Positions 19,399-32,803 of a stretch of 64,000 nt of DNA are shown one piece after another. A program made the position numbers and the translations under genes. The stretch's first letter is position 1. Every line of letters starts with the position of its first letter. Location: contig JBAXQC010000002.1 of NCBI GenBank assembly GCA_037131955.1, forward strand, positions 16,689 through 80,688, in the 5' to 3' direction. The notes beneath the pieces were generated by a model. The model made no database searches. It was not told the origin of the DNA and worked only from the letters and a program-made list of their open reading frames with translations. The stretch is from Bacteroidota bacterium (GTDB lineage Bacteria; Bacteroidota; Bacteroidia; UBA4408).

Positions 19399-20145
19399 TT
19401 AGCTTCTGCTTGAATCAGAAAGTACGTGTGTAAATTTTTTCAAGAATTTTAAACTGGCAACCATTATAACTATTGGCACATTAATTTTTATGAGTAATTC
19501 TTGAGAAAAATTAAAACTTCCCGGAAAAAAAAATTGTCTTACTAAAATAATAAAATTAAAAGCAATTAATGTTGCCAAAACCCCTGAATACTCTCTTCTA
19601 AGAACTGCCTTTAATGAAAAATTCATTTCTGTTTTTTCATAATTTTTAAATGATGGTATAAATGCAGGTATTTTTAATGACCAATTGATGTATGTTTCAC
19701 CGAACTTGCGTTCTAAAAATCTTTCCTCGGCAAACATTATTCTCTCGTAATACAAACAATAAAGCAAGCAAAACGAAAACAAAAACCAGATGTTAAAGGT
19801 AAAAATTACAATTCCTAACCACATTAAAAAGTTTCCTAAATACAATGGATGCCTTAGCACAGAATATATGCCTTTGCTATTTAATTCTTCGGCCACCTGT
19901 TCTTTTGTATTTCTGCCGGATGTGCCTTTGGGCGTAATGCCAATAGTAATAGCTCTAATTACTAATCCTAGGAATGATACTACTATTGCAAAAATTGTAA
20001 ACGCTAGGTAAACTTCATTTGTTATCCACAAGTAGGAATTGAACTTTATTGCAGGGACTGCCAGTGCAAATAATAGCAAAGGTAATTGACCGCGGTATTT
20101 AAATAGCCACTTGCCCGATTCTTCCATTGAATGTAATAAAGCCAT
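19399..20145 (-). CDS. isoprenylcysteine carboxyl methyltransferase (ICMT)/PEMT-family membrane methyltransferase
   Basis: 248 aa polytopic membrane protein with the motif GIYSVLRHPLYLGNFLMWLG. Confidence 0.6.
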   Translation of the reverse strand: MALLHSMEESGKWLFKYRGQLPLLLFALAVPAIKFNSYLWITNEVYLAFTIFAIVVSFLGLVIRAITIGITPKGTSGRNTKEQVAEELNSKGIYSVLRHPLYLGNFLMWLGIVIFTFNIWFLFSFCLLYCLYYERIMFAEERFLERKFGETYINWSLKIPAFIPSFKNYEKTEMNFSLKAVLRREYSGVLATLIAFNFIILVRQFFFPGSFNFSQELLIKINVPIVIMVASLKFLKKFTHVLSDSSRS

Positions 20146-20223
20146 TAATTTTTATCGATTTAAATTTATTTTTTTATATTGCGATTGAATTTCACAAAAG
20201 TATCAATAAAGAATTAATAAAAC

Positions 20224-20625
20224 ATGGCAAAGGCAAAATCAAAACCTGTTTATATAAAATTTGAAATGGAGTTTCCAATTCATGCTTCCAAAAGTAGTCT
20301 GTTTAGTTATTTATCTACTCCGGGAGGCCTTTGCATGTGGTTTGCAGACAATGTTAATTTGCAGGATGAAAAATTTATTTTTTATTGGGAAGGAAATTCT
20401 CAGGAAGCTGAAATACTCAGTAAAAAGGAAAATCAATTTATTAGATTTAGGTGGTTGCATGATCCCGATTATACATTTTTTGAATTTAAGATAAGTACAG
20501 ATGAAATTACTGGAGACGTAGCACTTTTAGTTACCGACTTTGCTGAGGATGAGTCTGCTGTAGATAATGCAAAATTGTTATGGAAAAGTCAAATTGATGA
20601 TTTACACCATGTTTTGGGTGCATAA
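20224..20625 (+). CDS. START/SRPBCC-like domain protein
   Basis: 133 aa with the alpha/beta grip fold signature of Bacteroidetes START-like proteins. Confidence 0.55.
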   Translation: MAKAKSKPVYIKFEMEFPIHASKSSLFSYLSTPGGLCMWFADNVNLQDEKFIFYWEGNSQEAEILSKKENQFIRFRWLHDPDYTFFEFKISTDEITGDVALLVTDFAEDESAVDNAKLLWKSQIDDLHHVLGA

Positions 20626-20665
20626 TTTGACCATATTTTTGTCTCATTTTTTTAATTAAATTTTC

Positions 20666-22132
20666 TTGAAGACGATAGATAAATATATCTTAAAGGCATA
20701 TTTAGCTCCTTTTTTCCTTACTTTTTTTGTTATACTTTTTGTATTGTTGATGCAGTTTGTTTGGAAATACATTGACGATCTTGTTGGCAAAGGACTGGAA
20801 TGGTACATTATTTTAGAACTACTTTTTTACGTTTCTGCAACGCTTGTTCCTATGGCAATACCGCTAACAATTCTACTATCTTCAATAATGACTTTTGGAA
20901 ATTTAGCCGAGAATTATGAACTTACATCCCTTAAGGCAGCAGGAACTTCTTTACAAAGAATTTTTAGGCCATTGGTTTATTTTTCAGTGTTGCTCTCTGC
21001 CACTGTTTTTGTTTTTTCTAATTATATGTTACCGATTGCCAACTTAAAAATGGGCTCATTACTTTATGATATTTCCCACCAAAAACCTACACTTGAATTG
21101 CAAGAAGGAATTTTTTACAATGGAATTGAAAACTTTACAATAAAAATAAACAAGAAAAGTAAAGACGGAAAGAAACTTTTTGGTGTAATGATTTATGATC
21201 ATACACAAAGAAATGGAAATACAAAAGTTGTTGTTGCCAAAGAAGGCAAAATGGAACTTACAGGCGACGAAAGATTTTTAATGCTTACACTTTACAATGG
21301 CACCAACTACGAAGAAGTAAAAAACAACAACGATAGAAAGGAGTTTTTACCATTTTTACGGACATCTTTTTCTGAGCAAGTTATAAGAATGGATTTGTCT
21401 GATTTTAAAATGACCAGAAGTAACGAGGAACTTTTTAAAGATCATTACGCCATGCTTAATGTAAATCAATTGCTGGCAGCAGCAGATTCCGATAAAGTTG
21501 ATTTAGTGAAGCGGAAAAGAAATTTTTACAACATTCTAAAGGGTTTTTTACATTTTGATTCATACAGAACACAAGAACAAACTTTTCCATTTAATATAGA
21601 TTCTGTATATCCTAATGCAATAAAATTTACGAATTACTCTCCTGAAATAATTTTAAAAAATTTAAGCAAGGAGAAAAAACAAGAAATAAAAAACAATGCC
21701 GAAAATTTTGCAAGGAACAATTTATCGTATGTAGAAAGTACCAATATGGAGTATGAGATGGTAACACAAAATACAAACAGGTATATGATAGAATTTCATA
21801 AGAAGTTTACACTTTCTTTTGCCTGCTTGGTATTATTTTTTATTGGAGCACCTTTGGGAGCAATAATAAAAAAGGGTGGGTTAGGAATGCCTATGGTTGT
21901 AAGTGTTTTATTCTTTTTGATTTTTCATGTAATTTCTATTGTTGGCGAAAAATCTTCTAAAGTAGGTGTTATGGAGCCATGGTTAGGGGCTTGGTTGGCA
22001 ACACTAGTTCTGTTTCCTATGGGAATTTTTCTAACTTACAAAGCAACCCGAGATTCAAATTTATTTAACAGTGATATGTATTTTACGTTCTTAAAAAAAA
22101 TTAGAGTTTATTTTGTAAAACAAAAACACTAA
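20666..22132 (+). CDS. LptF/LptG family lipopolysaccharide export permease
   Basis: 488 aa YjgP/YjgQ architecture: 3 TM segments, a large periplasmic beta-jellyroll domain, then 3 TM segments. Confidence 0.85.
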   Translation: MKTIDKYILKAYLAPFFLTFFVILFVLLMQFVWKYIDDLVGKGLEWYIILELLFYVSATLVPMAIPLTILLSSIMTFGNLAENYELTSLKAAGTSLQRIFRPLVYFSVLLSATVFVFSNYMLPIANLKMGSLLYDISHQKPTLELQEGIFYNGIENFTIKINKKSKDGKKLFGVMIYDHTQRNGNTKVVVAKEGKMELTGDERFLMLTLYNGTNYEEVKNNNDRKEFLPFLRTSFSEQVIRMDLSDFKMTRSNEELFKDHYAMLNVNQLLAAADSDKVDLVKRKRNFYNILKGFLHFDSYRTQEQTFPFNIDSVYPNAIKFTNYSPEIILKNLSKEKKQEIKNNAENFARNNLSYVESTNMEYEMVTQNTNRYMIEFHKKFTLSFACLVLFFIGAPLGAIIKKGGLGMPMVVSVLFFLIFHVISIVGEKSSKVGVMEPWLGAWLATLVLFPMGIFLTYKATRDSNLFNSDMYFTFLKKIRVYFVKQKH

Positions 22133-22135
22133 TAT

Positions 22136-23431
22136 TTAATCTCCCGTTTCCCAGAATTTTAATAATCTATTCCGTAAGTGTATTGTATTGTGATACAATG
22201 TTGGATTTTTTCTCTTCAATACAAAAAATCTAAGAACTCCTAAAAATTTTTTAAACTGCTCAAAATACATAAGCGAAAAATAACCTAAGACAGGGATTGC
22301 AATAAAAAAATACCAAAAATAATTGTCAAAAAAACTACTAATGAATATCATAAATACTTGATGGTAAATAATGTAGAAAAATACGCCAATCCCTAGATTA
22401 ACTGAAAGAAAAAAATCACTAATTTTTACAATCTTTTTAGTGATGTAAAATGGAACTTTATAAGGTATAAAATTTAATACTATTCCGGCAATAAACAATG
22501 GAGACGATACTGAAAGTAAAATAAAATTTAAAAGTAAATATCCCATAGAGTTAGAGTGGTGCTTTCTTACAACCCAATCTTTTATTTTAAGTTTTTTGAG
22601 TAATGAAAAATACTCAGATGAAATTTCTTTTACCTCGGGGAGATTTATTTTTTTTACCCAGTTATTAAATTTTTCAGAAATGTTTCTATAATCGCCGGAG
22701 TGATATTTGTGTTTTAAAATTTCATTTATTTGTTCAAATAGTATTTCATTTTCTTTTTCTTCTACTATTACTAATAACTCTTTTAAATTGCTGTATACGT
22801 CATTGCTTATTGATGTATAACTTTTTTGTTTGTCTGCTAAATAAGCTTCTCTGTAATTTTTAACATCAATGGGTTTTCCAATATTTAAAAACAACTCACC
22901 TCTAAATTTTGTAAAGTTTAAATAATTTATTCCCACAGGTAAAATACATATTTCCGATTGAAAGTTATTTTTTTCTTCGGCTAAAAAAGCAATTCTTGCT
23001 ATTCCTTTTTTTAGTTTTCTCAACCTTTTTTCTTGCACACAGTTTCCTTCCGGAAAAATTAAAAGGGGCTTGTTATGTTCTAATACCTGAATACATTTAT
23101 TGAAAGATTCTTCGTTTTTATGAAGATGTTCAGCTCCTTCTTGAAGTCTAAATATGGGCAAGACATTAAACTTACTTAAAAAAAATCTATTTATTGAAGA
23201 TTTAAAAACATCTCCTCTAGCCAAAGAATAGATGTTCTCAAAAAATACAAAATGGAAAATTATTGCATCTAAGAAAGCATTTGTATGATTTGCTGCAATT
23301 ATAACTGGGCGATTTCTTGGATAATTTTTTAGTCCTTTTACTCTTATTCGCTTAAGAAAAATTCTATACCCAATAAAAACTACTGCAAAACAAACTATAT
23401 ATATGATACTAATTCTAACTTTTTTAATCAT
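22136..23431 (-). CDS. lysophospholipid acyltransferase (PlsC family) with a C-terminal multi-TM extension
   Basis: HX4D motif AANHTNAFLD, an FPEG motif (IFPEGNCV) and RGDVFK. Confidence 0.75.
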   Translation of the reverse strand: MIKKVRISIIYIVCFAVVFIGYRIFLKRIRVKGLKNYPRNRPVIIAANHTNAFLDAIIFHFVFFENIYSLARGDVFKSSINRFFLSKFNVLPIFRLQEGAEHLHKNEESFNKCIQVLEHNKPLLIFPEGNCVQEKRLRKLKKGIARIAFLAEEKNNFQSEICILPVGINYLNFTKFRGELFLNIGKPIDVKNYREAYLADKQKSYTSISNDVYSNLKELLVIVEEKENEILFEQINEILKHKYHSGDYRNISEKFNNWVKKINLPEVKEISSEYFSLLKKLKIKDWVVRKHHSNSMGYLLLNFILLSVSSPLFIAGIVLNFIPYKVPFYITKKIVKISDFFLSVNLGIGVFFYIIYHQVFMIFISSFFDNYFWYFFIAIPVLGYFSLMYFEQFKKFLGVLRFFVLKRKNPTLYHNTIHLRNRLLKFWETGD

Positions 23432-23540
23432 TAATTAGGGATACAGTTGGCATAAAGTAAAGCACAATGATATAAAATTCAAAATTCAATCTGCTATTGA
23501 ATTTAAAATTGTAATTATTTCTGCATAAAATATTCTTTAG

Positions 23541-26151
<2,611 letters not shown>

Positions 26152-26163
26152 AACAGTATAAAA

Positions 26164-27045
26164 ATGAAAAAATTTAATTTCAAAGGCACAGGAGTGGCCA
26201 TTGTTACTCCGTTTACTAGCAAAGGAAATATTGATAACAAAGGACTAAAGAAATTGGTGAATCATTTAATAAATGGCAACGTTGATTATATTGTGGCATT
26301 GGGCACAACCGGTGAGGCGGCTACTTTAAATAAGGAGGAAAAGAAAGAGGTTGTTCAATTAGTTTTAGAATATACCAATGAAAGAGTGCCAGTTGTATTA
26401 GGTTTGGGAGGGAATAATACTTCCGAAGTTTGTAACGATTTTAAGCTGTACGATTTCAAAAATATTTCTGCAATATTATCTGTTTCTCCTTTTTATAATA
26501 AACCCAATCAAAAAGGAATTGTTGAGCATTACAAACAAATATCCAACGTTTCTCCAGTTCCCATTATTCTCTACAATGTTCCTTCAAGAACAGGTTCTAA
26601 CTTAAATGCGGACACCACTTTGCAATTGGCAAATGAATTTAAAAATATTAGAGCAATTAAAGAAGCATCAGGAAATATAGAACAGTGCATGAGAATAATT
26701 GCAAATAAACCAAAGAATTTTGAATTGATAAGTGGTGATGATAATCTTACATTTCCTTTGATGGCTTGTGGAGCAGGCGGGGTAATATCCGTTGCTGCTA
26801 TGGTTTATCCCGATAAATTTTCTACAATGATCAACCATTGTTTAAAAGGGGAATTTCAAAAAGCTTTAAAGTTACATTATCAAATAATGCCTGTTACAGA
26901 TTTGCTTTTTGCGGATGGAAATCCCGGTGGAGTAAAAGAAGCCTTAAATATTTTAGGTATTTGTGAACCTTATCTTCGTTTGCCTTTATATGCACCCAAT
27001 AAACTTGTTGTAGAAAGCTTAAAAAAATTAGTAAACAAAAAATAA
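26164..27045 (+). CDS. dapA: 4-hydroxy-tetrahydrodipicolinate synthase
   Basis: TIM-barrel NAL-family motifs GTTGE and YNVPSRTG. The active-site Lys is in IRAIKEASG. Confidence 0.9.
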   Translation: MKKFNFKGTGVAIVTPFTSKGNIDNKGLKKLVNHLINGNVDYIVALGTTGEAATLNKEEKKEVVQLVLEYTNERVPVVLGLGGNNTSEVCNDFKLYDFKNISAILSVSPFYNKPNQKGIVEHYKQISNVSPVPIILYNVPSRTGSNLNADTTLQLANEFKNIRAIKEASGNIEQCMRIIANKPKNFELISGDDNLTFPLMACGAGGVISVAAMVYPDKFSTMINHCLKGEFQKALKLHYQIMPVTDLLFADGNPGGVKEALNILGICEPYLRLPLYAPNKLVVESLKKLVNKK

Positions 27046-27051
27046 GTTTAA

Positions 27052-28359
27052 ATGCTTTTTTATTCGCCAACACTTTCGCCAAGAATAAGGTATATTGTAA
27101 ATTATCTATTGCATGACATTGTTGGAATTACAAAAGTAGATTTTACTTCAAGTATAAATGAAGCCGAATCGTATACCGGTGGAATTATTAACTACTCTAA
27201 TTACCAGCTAAAAAATAAAAACTATTGGATTACTCCACATGGATTGCTTAATGAAAGCGGCGTTAGAGGAATAGAAATATATTTTGAGAAGTGGGAAGAA
27301 TTGCCATCTTTTTTTGTAGCCAAAAGAAACAACCAAACTTTTTTTGATGTGTTTGCAGCTTCATTTTATTTGGTTTCTCGCTACGAAGAATATTTGCCAA
27401 CAATTAGAGACAAATACGATAGATTTGATGCTGCACAAAGCATTGCACACAAGGGTGGATTTTTGCGAACGGCAATAGTAAACCGTTGGGGAATAAAATT
27501 AAGAGAACATCTATTGCACTTGTTTCCCAATTTAGAAATAAACTATCCTGTTTATTCTTACACTTCAACAATTGATGTGGATAATGCTTATGCATACAAA
27601 GGTAAAGGATCAATGAGAACTTTGGGAGCAATAGCAAAATCAATAATAACAGGAGATGTGGAGGATTTTATTACGCGGTTTAAAGTATTACTTAAATTAA
27701 AACAAGACCCTTATGATACCTATCAATTTTTAGAAAATATTCATAAAAAATTTTCTTTACGACCAATATTTTTTTTCTTATTTGCTGATTATTCTACCAA
27801 TGATAAAAATTTGCCGGTGGATAATCATTCATTTATTAAACTTATTAAATCTATTGCAGATCATGCAGAAATTGGAATTCACCCTTCATTTGAATCTAAT
27901 AAATATCCTTATAAATTAGAAAAAGAAATAAAAAATTTATCTAAAGTATTTCACAAAGAAATTACAAAGAGCCGCCAACATTTTTTAAAATTAAGTTTTC
28001 CCGAAACCTACAAGCAGTTAATAGAATTAGATATAGAAGAAGATTATACCATGGGTTATGCCTCTGATGTTGGATTTAGAGCAGGAACATGTACACCATT
28101 TTATTTTTATGATTTGGATTTAGAAATAGAAACAAAACTTAAAATATTTCCATTTCAAATTATGGAAGCAACTTTGTTGTATTATTTAAAATTAAATCCT
28201 GAAAATTCTATTGAACTCTGCAAACAAATTATTAAAGAAGTAAAAGAGGTAAATGGATCCTTATATACACTATGGCACAACGAAACTGTTAGTGAATATA
28301 GACAATGGAAAAATTGGAAAAGGGTATTTGTGGAAACGGTAAAGTATTCTACTAAATGA
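27052..28359 (+). CDS. hypothetical protein (possibly polysaccharide deacetylase-like)
   Basis: 435 aa with no signal peptide and no strong motifs. The functional guess is weak. Confidence 0.4.
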   Translation: MLFYSPTLSPRIRYIVNYLLHDIVGITKVDFTSSINEAESYTGGIINYSNYQLKNKNYWITPHGLLNESGVRGIEIYFEKWEELPSFFVAKRNNQTFFDVFAASFYLVSRYEEYLPTIRDKYDRFDAAQSIAHKGGFLRTAIVNRWGIKLREHLLHLFPNLEINYPVYSYTSTIDVDNAYAYKGKGSMRTLGAIAKSIITGDVEDFITRFKVLLKLKQDPYDTYQFLENIHKKFSLRPIFFFLFADYSTNDKNLPVDNHSFIKLIKSIADHAEIGIHPSFESNKYPYKLEKEIKNLSKVFHKEITKSRQHFLKLSFPETYKQLIELDIEEDYTMGYASDVGFRAGTCTPFYFYDLDLEIETKLKIFPFQIMEATLLYYLKLNPENSIELCKQIIKEVKEVNGSLYTLWHNETVSEYRQWKNWKRVFVETVKYSTK

Positions 28360-28439
28360 TAGTTTTGAAGGATTAAATATTTTTTTTACCTGATTAAAAG
28401 CACTATGTTTGGTCTTGATAAGTCTTTTACAATTTATAA

Positions 28440-30242
28440 ATGAAACAAATTTTACTTGCCATTTTTGCAGGAACAGTTATTTTTTCTTGTTCAAATCCTG
28501 TTCAAAAATCTCAAAATCAAGATGCAGAAATAACTATTTTTTTTGATTCGGTATTTGATGATCACCTGAGCCGAGACCCAGAATATCAAACAGTTTTAGG
28601 AGATAAAAGCCAGTATGATAAGTGGAATGACATCTCTGATGAAAAGGCTATTGAAGAAAATCAAAGGGTAATAAATATGCTCAAGATTTTTCTTAACCGA
28701 TTTAATAGAAGCAATTTAACAGGTACATCCTTGGTAAGTTATGATTTGTTTGTGCAAGAATGCGAAGAAAAAATTGAATCTTTCCCTTATAGATTTCATA
28801 AATATTTCTTAAATCAAATGGAGGGTAAACACTCTTCTGTTCCTTCGTTTTTAATAAATATGCATACCATTGGTAATAAAAAGGAAGCAGAAGATTATCT
28901 TTCAAGACTAAATGGAATTCCTCATCATTTTAGACAATTGTTAGAATTGATGAAGATCTCTGAATCAAAAGGAATTATCCCTCCAAAGTTTGTTTTCCCA
29001 AGAGTGCTCGACGATTCAAAAAATTTAATGCTTGGTTTCCCTTTTGAAAAATCAAAAATAACATCACCACTCTACGAAGACTTTTCATCTAAAATTAATA
29101 AAATAGAATTAAGTAGTGCAGAAAAAAAAGAGTTGCTTAATTTTGCAGAAAAAGCCTTGATTGACAGTTTAAAGCCAGCCTACGAAAATTTAATGGTGTA
29201 TTGGAAAGAGCTAGAAAAAAAGGCAAATGAAGACGACGGTTGTTGGAAATTTCCTGATGGTGGAAAATTCTATGCCGTTTCATTAAAACAAACTACTACA
29301 ACTTCACTTTCGCCAGAAGAAATTCACCGTTTAGGCATTGACGAAGTAAAAAGAATACATGCAGAAATGGAGGTAATAAAAGAAAAAGTTGGCTTTAAGG
29401 GCACGCTATTAGAGTTTTTTAATTTTATGAGAACGGATAAACGGTTTTATTTTTCTAACGACGAAAAAGGTAAAAAAGCTTATGTTGACGAGGCAAATAA
29501 AATAATTGAAGGCATGAGATTAAAATTGGATGATTTGTTTTTAACAAAGCCTAAAGCTAATCTTGTGGTAAAACCGGTTGAGGCATACAGAGAAAAATCT
29601 GCCGGAGGTGCATTTTACGAAGAGCCTGCATTAGATGGTTCAAGGCCCGGAAGATATTATATAAATTTATTTACTTTATCTGATCAGCCAATTTATCAAA
29701 TGGAAGCATTGGCTTACCACGAGGCAATTCCCGGACATCACATGCAAATTGCTATTGCTCAAGAATTAAAAAACTTGCCAAAATTTAGGAAGTTGGGCGG
29801 AAATACAGCTTATGTAGAAGGTTGGGCCTTGTATTCGGAATTAATACCTAAAGAAATTGGTTTCTATCAAGATGCATACTCAGATTTTGGAAGACTTGCC
29901 ATGGAAGTTTTCAGAGCTTCAAGATTAGTTATTGATACAGGTATTCATTACAAAAAATGGACCCGTAAACAAGCCTTGCAATACATGATAGAAAATACTC
30001 CAAATCCTGAAGGCGATTGCTCCAAAGAAATTGATAGGTATATTGTTTGGCCATCACAAGCAACAGGATATAAGGTAGGGATGGTAACAATTTTGAAGCT
30101 TCGTGAAAGATGCAAAAAACAATTGGGAGATAAATTTAACATCAAAGAATTTCACGATGTGGTATTGACGAACGGTCCGGTTCCATTAAACATATTAGAG
30201 AACCTAGTTAATGAATACATCAGTTCTAAAATATCAAGTTAA
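28440..30242 (+). CDS. DUF885 family lipoprotein (putative zinc metallopeptidase-like, HExxPGHH)
   Basis: Lipobox (IFSC) and the conserved HEAIPGHHMQ motif characteristic of DUF885. Confidence 0.75.
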   Translation: MKQILLAIFAGTVIFSCSNPVQKSQNQDAEITIFFDSVFDDHLSRDPEYQTVLGDKSQYDKWNDISDEKAIEENQRVINMLKIFLNRFNRSNLTGTSLVSYDLFVQECEEKIESFPYRFHKYFLNQMEGKHSSVPSFLINMHTIGNKKEAEDYLSRLNGIPHHFRQLLELMKISESKGIIPPKFVFPRVLDDSKNLMLGFPFEKSKITSPLYEDFSSKINKIELSSAEKKELLNFAEKALIDSLKPAYENLMVYWKELEKKANEDDGCWKFPDGGKFYAVSLKQTTTTSLSPEEIHRLGIDEVKRIHAEMEVIKEKVGFKGTLLEFFNFMRTDKRFYFSNDEKGKKAYVDEANKIIEGMRLKLDDLFLTKPKANLVVKPVEAYREKSAGGAFYEEPALDGSRPGRYYINLFTLSDQPIYQMEALAYHEAIPGHHMQIAIAQELKNLPKFRKLGGNTAYVEGWALYSELIPKEIGFYQDAYSDFGRLAMEVFRASRLVIDTGIHYKKWTRKQALQYMIENTPNPEGDCSKEIDRYIVWPSQATGYKVGMVTILKLRERCKKQLGDKFNIKEFHDVVLTNGPVPLNILENLVNEYISSKISS

Positions 30243-30450
30243 TCTTTACCTCGAATAAAAATTTGAAGCAATTAATTTAGTGATGTAAGAAGTTTGCACA
30301 CTATCTTTGATTGTGCATTTTTGGTAGATGGATTGAAATAGATGCAAAAAAATATGGATTGCCTAAGAAAGGGAATAGAATTTATCTATGATGCTTTTGT
30401 TTTTTTTAGTTGTTAGGTAAAAAATTTAAATGCAGTTATAAAAATAAGCC

Positions 30451-31407
30451 TTATTCCTTAAACAAAGAATCTACAAACTCATATTTGTTAAACACTTGCA
30501 AGTCGTTTATTTTTTCGCCAACGCCAATGTATTTAACCGGAATTTTAAATTCGTCAGAAATACCAATAACAACGCCACCCTTTGCTGTTCCATCTAATTT
30601 GGTAAGTGCCAGTGCTGTTACATCTGTGGCCGCTGTAAATTGTCTACATTGTTCAATAGCATTTTGCCCTGTAGAGGCATCTAACACCAATAAAACTTCG
30701 TGGGGTGCATTGGGCAATACTTTTTGCATCACTCGTTTTATTTTTGAAAGTTCGTTCATTAAATTCACTTTATTGTGCAATCTTCCTGCAGTATCAATTA
30801 TTACCACATCGGCATTTATTGCTACTGCATGTGCCACCGAATCATAAGCTACTGCTGCGGGGTCGGCATTCATGCCTTGCGAAACAAAAGCAACATCAGC
30901 ACGTTTGCTCCATATTTCTAACTGGTCAACTGCTGCAGCCCTAAAAGTGTCGGCTGCACCCAACACTACTTTTTTTCCTTTGCTTTTTAGCTGGTGTGCA
31001 AGTTTACCAATAGTGGTAGTTTTTCCAACGCCGTTAACACCTACAACCATTATTACATAGGGTGTTCCGGCAGTATCTGGTATTTCTATATCTGACACAT
31101 CACTAGAATTATTTTCTTCTAAAAGACTACTTATTTCTTCTTTTAAAATTTTATTTAACTCTCCTGTACCAAGGTATTTATTTTTAGAAACTCGGTTTTC
31201 TATGCGTTCAATAATTTTTAGCGTAGTTGTAACGCCAACGTCTGACGTTATTAAAATTTCTTCTAAATTATCTAAAACTTCGGCATCTACTTCCGACTTT
31301 CCAAGAACTGCTTTTGCAATTTTCGAGAAAAAACTTTCTTTGGTTTTCTCGAGTCCTTTGTCTAAACTTTCTTTTTTTTCTTTGGAGAAAAAACTAAATA
31401 AGCCCAT
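30451..31407 (-). CDS. ftsY: signal recognition particle receptor
   Basis: NG domain with G1 GVNGVGKTTT, G3 DTAGR and G4 TKLD. Confidence 0.9.
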   Translation of the reverse strand: MGLFSFFSKEKKESLDKGLEKTKESFFSKIAKAVLGKSEVDAEVLDNLEEILITSDVGVTTTLKIIERIENRVSKNKYLGTGELNKILKEEISSLLEENNSSDVSDIEIPDTAGTPYVIMVVGVNGVGKTTTIGKLAHQLKSKGKKVVLGAADTFRAAAVDQLEIWSKRADVAFVSQGMNADPAAVAYDSVAHAVAINADVVIIDTAGRLHNKVNLMNELSKIKRVMQKVLPNAPHEVLLVLDASTGQNAIEQCRQFTAATDVTALALTKLDGTAKGGVVIGISDEFKIPVKYIGVGEKINDLQVFNKYEFVDSLFKE

Positions 31408-31487
31408 TTGTATGTTGTTCTAATTAAGGTTAAAAAGATAGTGGATAAATATTTAGGTTCGCAGAATAAAGCAAAGTGTTACGTTTT

Positions 31488-31985
31488 TTATCTGTTTAAA
31501 ATCTGTTCTTTACAGGAAATCATAAAAAGAGCAGTTTGTGCAGCCTCAATTCCTTTATTACCGCAAACTCCACCGCATCTATCTAGCGCTTGTTGATGTG
31601 TGTTTGTAGTAAGAACACCAAAAACTACAGGTCTGTTAAACTTTAAGTTTAAATCCATTATACCTTGCGTTGCACCATTACAAATAAAATCAAAGTGTTT
31701 GGTATCTCCTTGAATTACGCAACCTAAACATATTACTGCATCTGCCTGTGCATATTCTAAAAGGTATTGTGCACCCAATGCCAATTCAAATGCACCAGGA
31801 ACTTCTATTTCTAAGATATTGTGCTTTTCTATTTTATTTTCTAGCAATTGTGCAACTGCACCATCTTTTAGTGCATAAGTAATTTCTTTGTTCCAATTTG
31901 CATACACCACTCCAATTTTTAACCGAGAAGGTTTTAAAAGATTTACAGTAGATACAATAGATAGGTTCTTTAGTTCTGTTGCCAT
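31488..31985 (-). CDS. ribH: 6,7-dimethyl-8-ribityllumazine synthase
   Basis: 165 aa; the sequence KIGVVYANWN...VPGAFELALGAQ...GCVIQGDTKHFDF is typical of lumazine synthase. Confidence 0.9.
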   Translation of the reverse strand: MATELKNLSIVSTVNLLKPSRLKIGVVYANWNKEITYALKDGAVAQLLENKIEKHNILEIEVPGAFELALGAQYLLEYAQADAVICLGCVIQGDTKHFDFICNGATQGIMDLNLKFNRPVVFGVLTTNTHQQALDRCGGVCGNKGIEAAQTALFMISCKEQILNR

Positions 31986-32009
31986 AAAAAAAAGCCGCTT
32001 ATTGCGGCT
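31986..32009 (-). terminator. rho-independent terminator after the TPR gene
   Basis: On the - strand: AGCCGC-aauaa-GCGGCU followed by U8. Confidence 0.55.
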
Positions 32010-32021
32010 TTAATTGCTTTG

Positions 32022-32711
32022 TTAATTTCCTTTTAATGCTTTTACTCTTGCAATATATTTTTCGATTTCTCTTCCTTCGGTTGAAGTAACGTAATCTGAT
32101 TTAATTTGCTCATAAACTTTTAAGGCGATGTCGTAGTTTTTTAAGTCTTCGTAAACGCCACCAGCTTTCATTAAGTAAAGAGGAGTTGTAAATTTGTTTT
32201 CGTTCATTTTTGCTGCTTTTAAATACAGAGCAACAGCATCTTCTTGTTTGCCCATTTCTAAAGTTGCATCACCCATTGCACCTGTAGCTACAGGCCCAAG
32301 CACTTCGCTATCGGTATCAAATTGTTTGAGTTCAGAAATTGCATCCTCAAATTTACCTTTCTTTAAATAGCAAACGCCTAAATAGTAGTGTGCTAAATTT
32401 GCAGATTTTGTAACTCCATAATCTTCGGCAATAGTTTTAAAACCAGGGTTGTTTCCATCTCCGTTAATTGCTTTGTCTAGGGAGTCATTTTCAAAATATT
32501 GTTGAGCAACAAACATTTTAGATTGAGCTTCTTCTTCTTGTGGAGCCACATAAAGTTTATCCCAAGCAAAATATCCTGTTACCACTAAAATAATTCCGGC
32601 AGCGATTATTGCAAGGCTTTTTTTGTTTTCTTCTATGTATAGTTCAGTTTTTGAGTAAGCGTGTTGAACATCTACTAGTATTTCGTCTTTTTCTTCTATT
32701 TGTTTTGACAT
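32022..32711 (-). CDS. tetratricopeptide-repeat membrane-anchored protein (YfgM-like)
   Basis: One TM helix followed by TPR repeats. Confidence 0.65.
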   Translation of the reverse strand: MSKQIEEKDEILVDVQHAYSKTELYIEENKKSLAIIAAGIILVVTGYFAWDKLYVAPQEEEAQSKMFVAQQYFENDSLDKAINGDGNNPGFKTIAEDYGVTKSANLAHYYLGVCYLKKGKFEDAISELKQFDTDSEVLGPVATGAMGDATLEMGKQEDAVALYLKAAKMNENKFTTPLYLMKAGGVYEDLKNYDIALKVYEQIKSDYVTSTEGREIEKYIARVKALKGN

Positions 32712-32803
32712 AGCATTATTTTGCGGAGTGCAAAGGTAGTTTATTTCGTTTTTTTTGCAAATTTTTTATTCGATTTCAAACCATTGAAAATCAGTTATCT
32801 GAG

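Noticed and set aside
30290-30320. Inverted repeat TGCACAC...TGTGCA followed by TTTTTGG after the DUF885 gene
   Set aside because: It may be a weak terminator, but the 6-bp stem with an 11-nt loop is too weak to call confidently.
30410-31423. Several + strand small ORFs across ftsY
   Set aside because: All are antisense within the ftsY gene.
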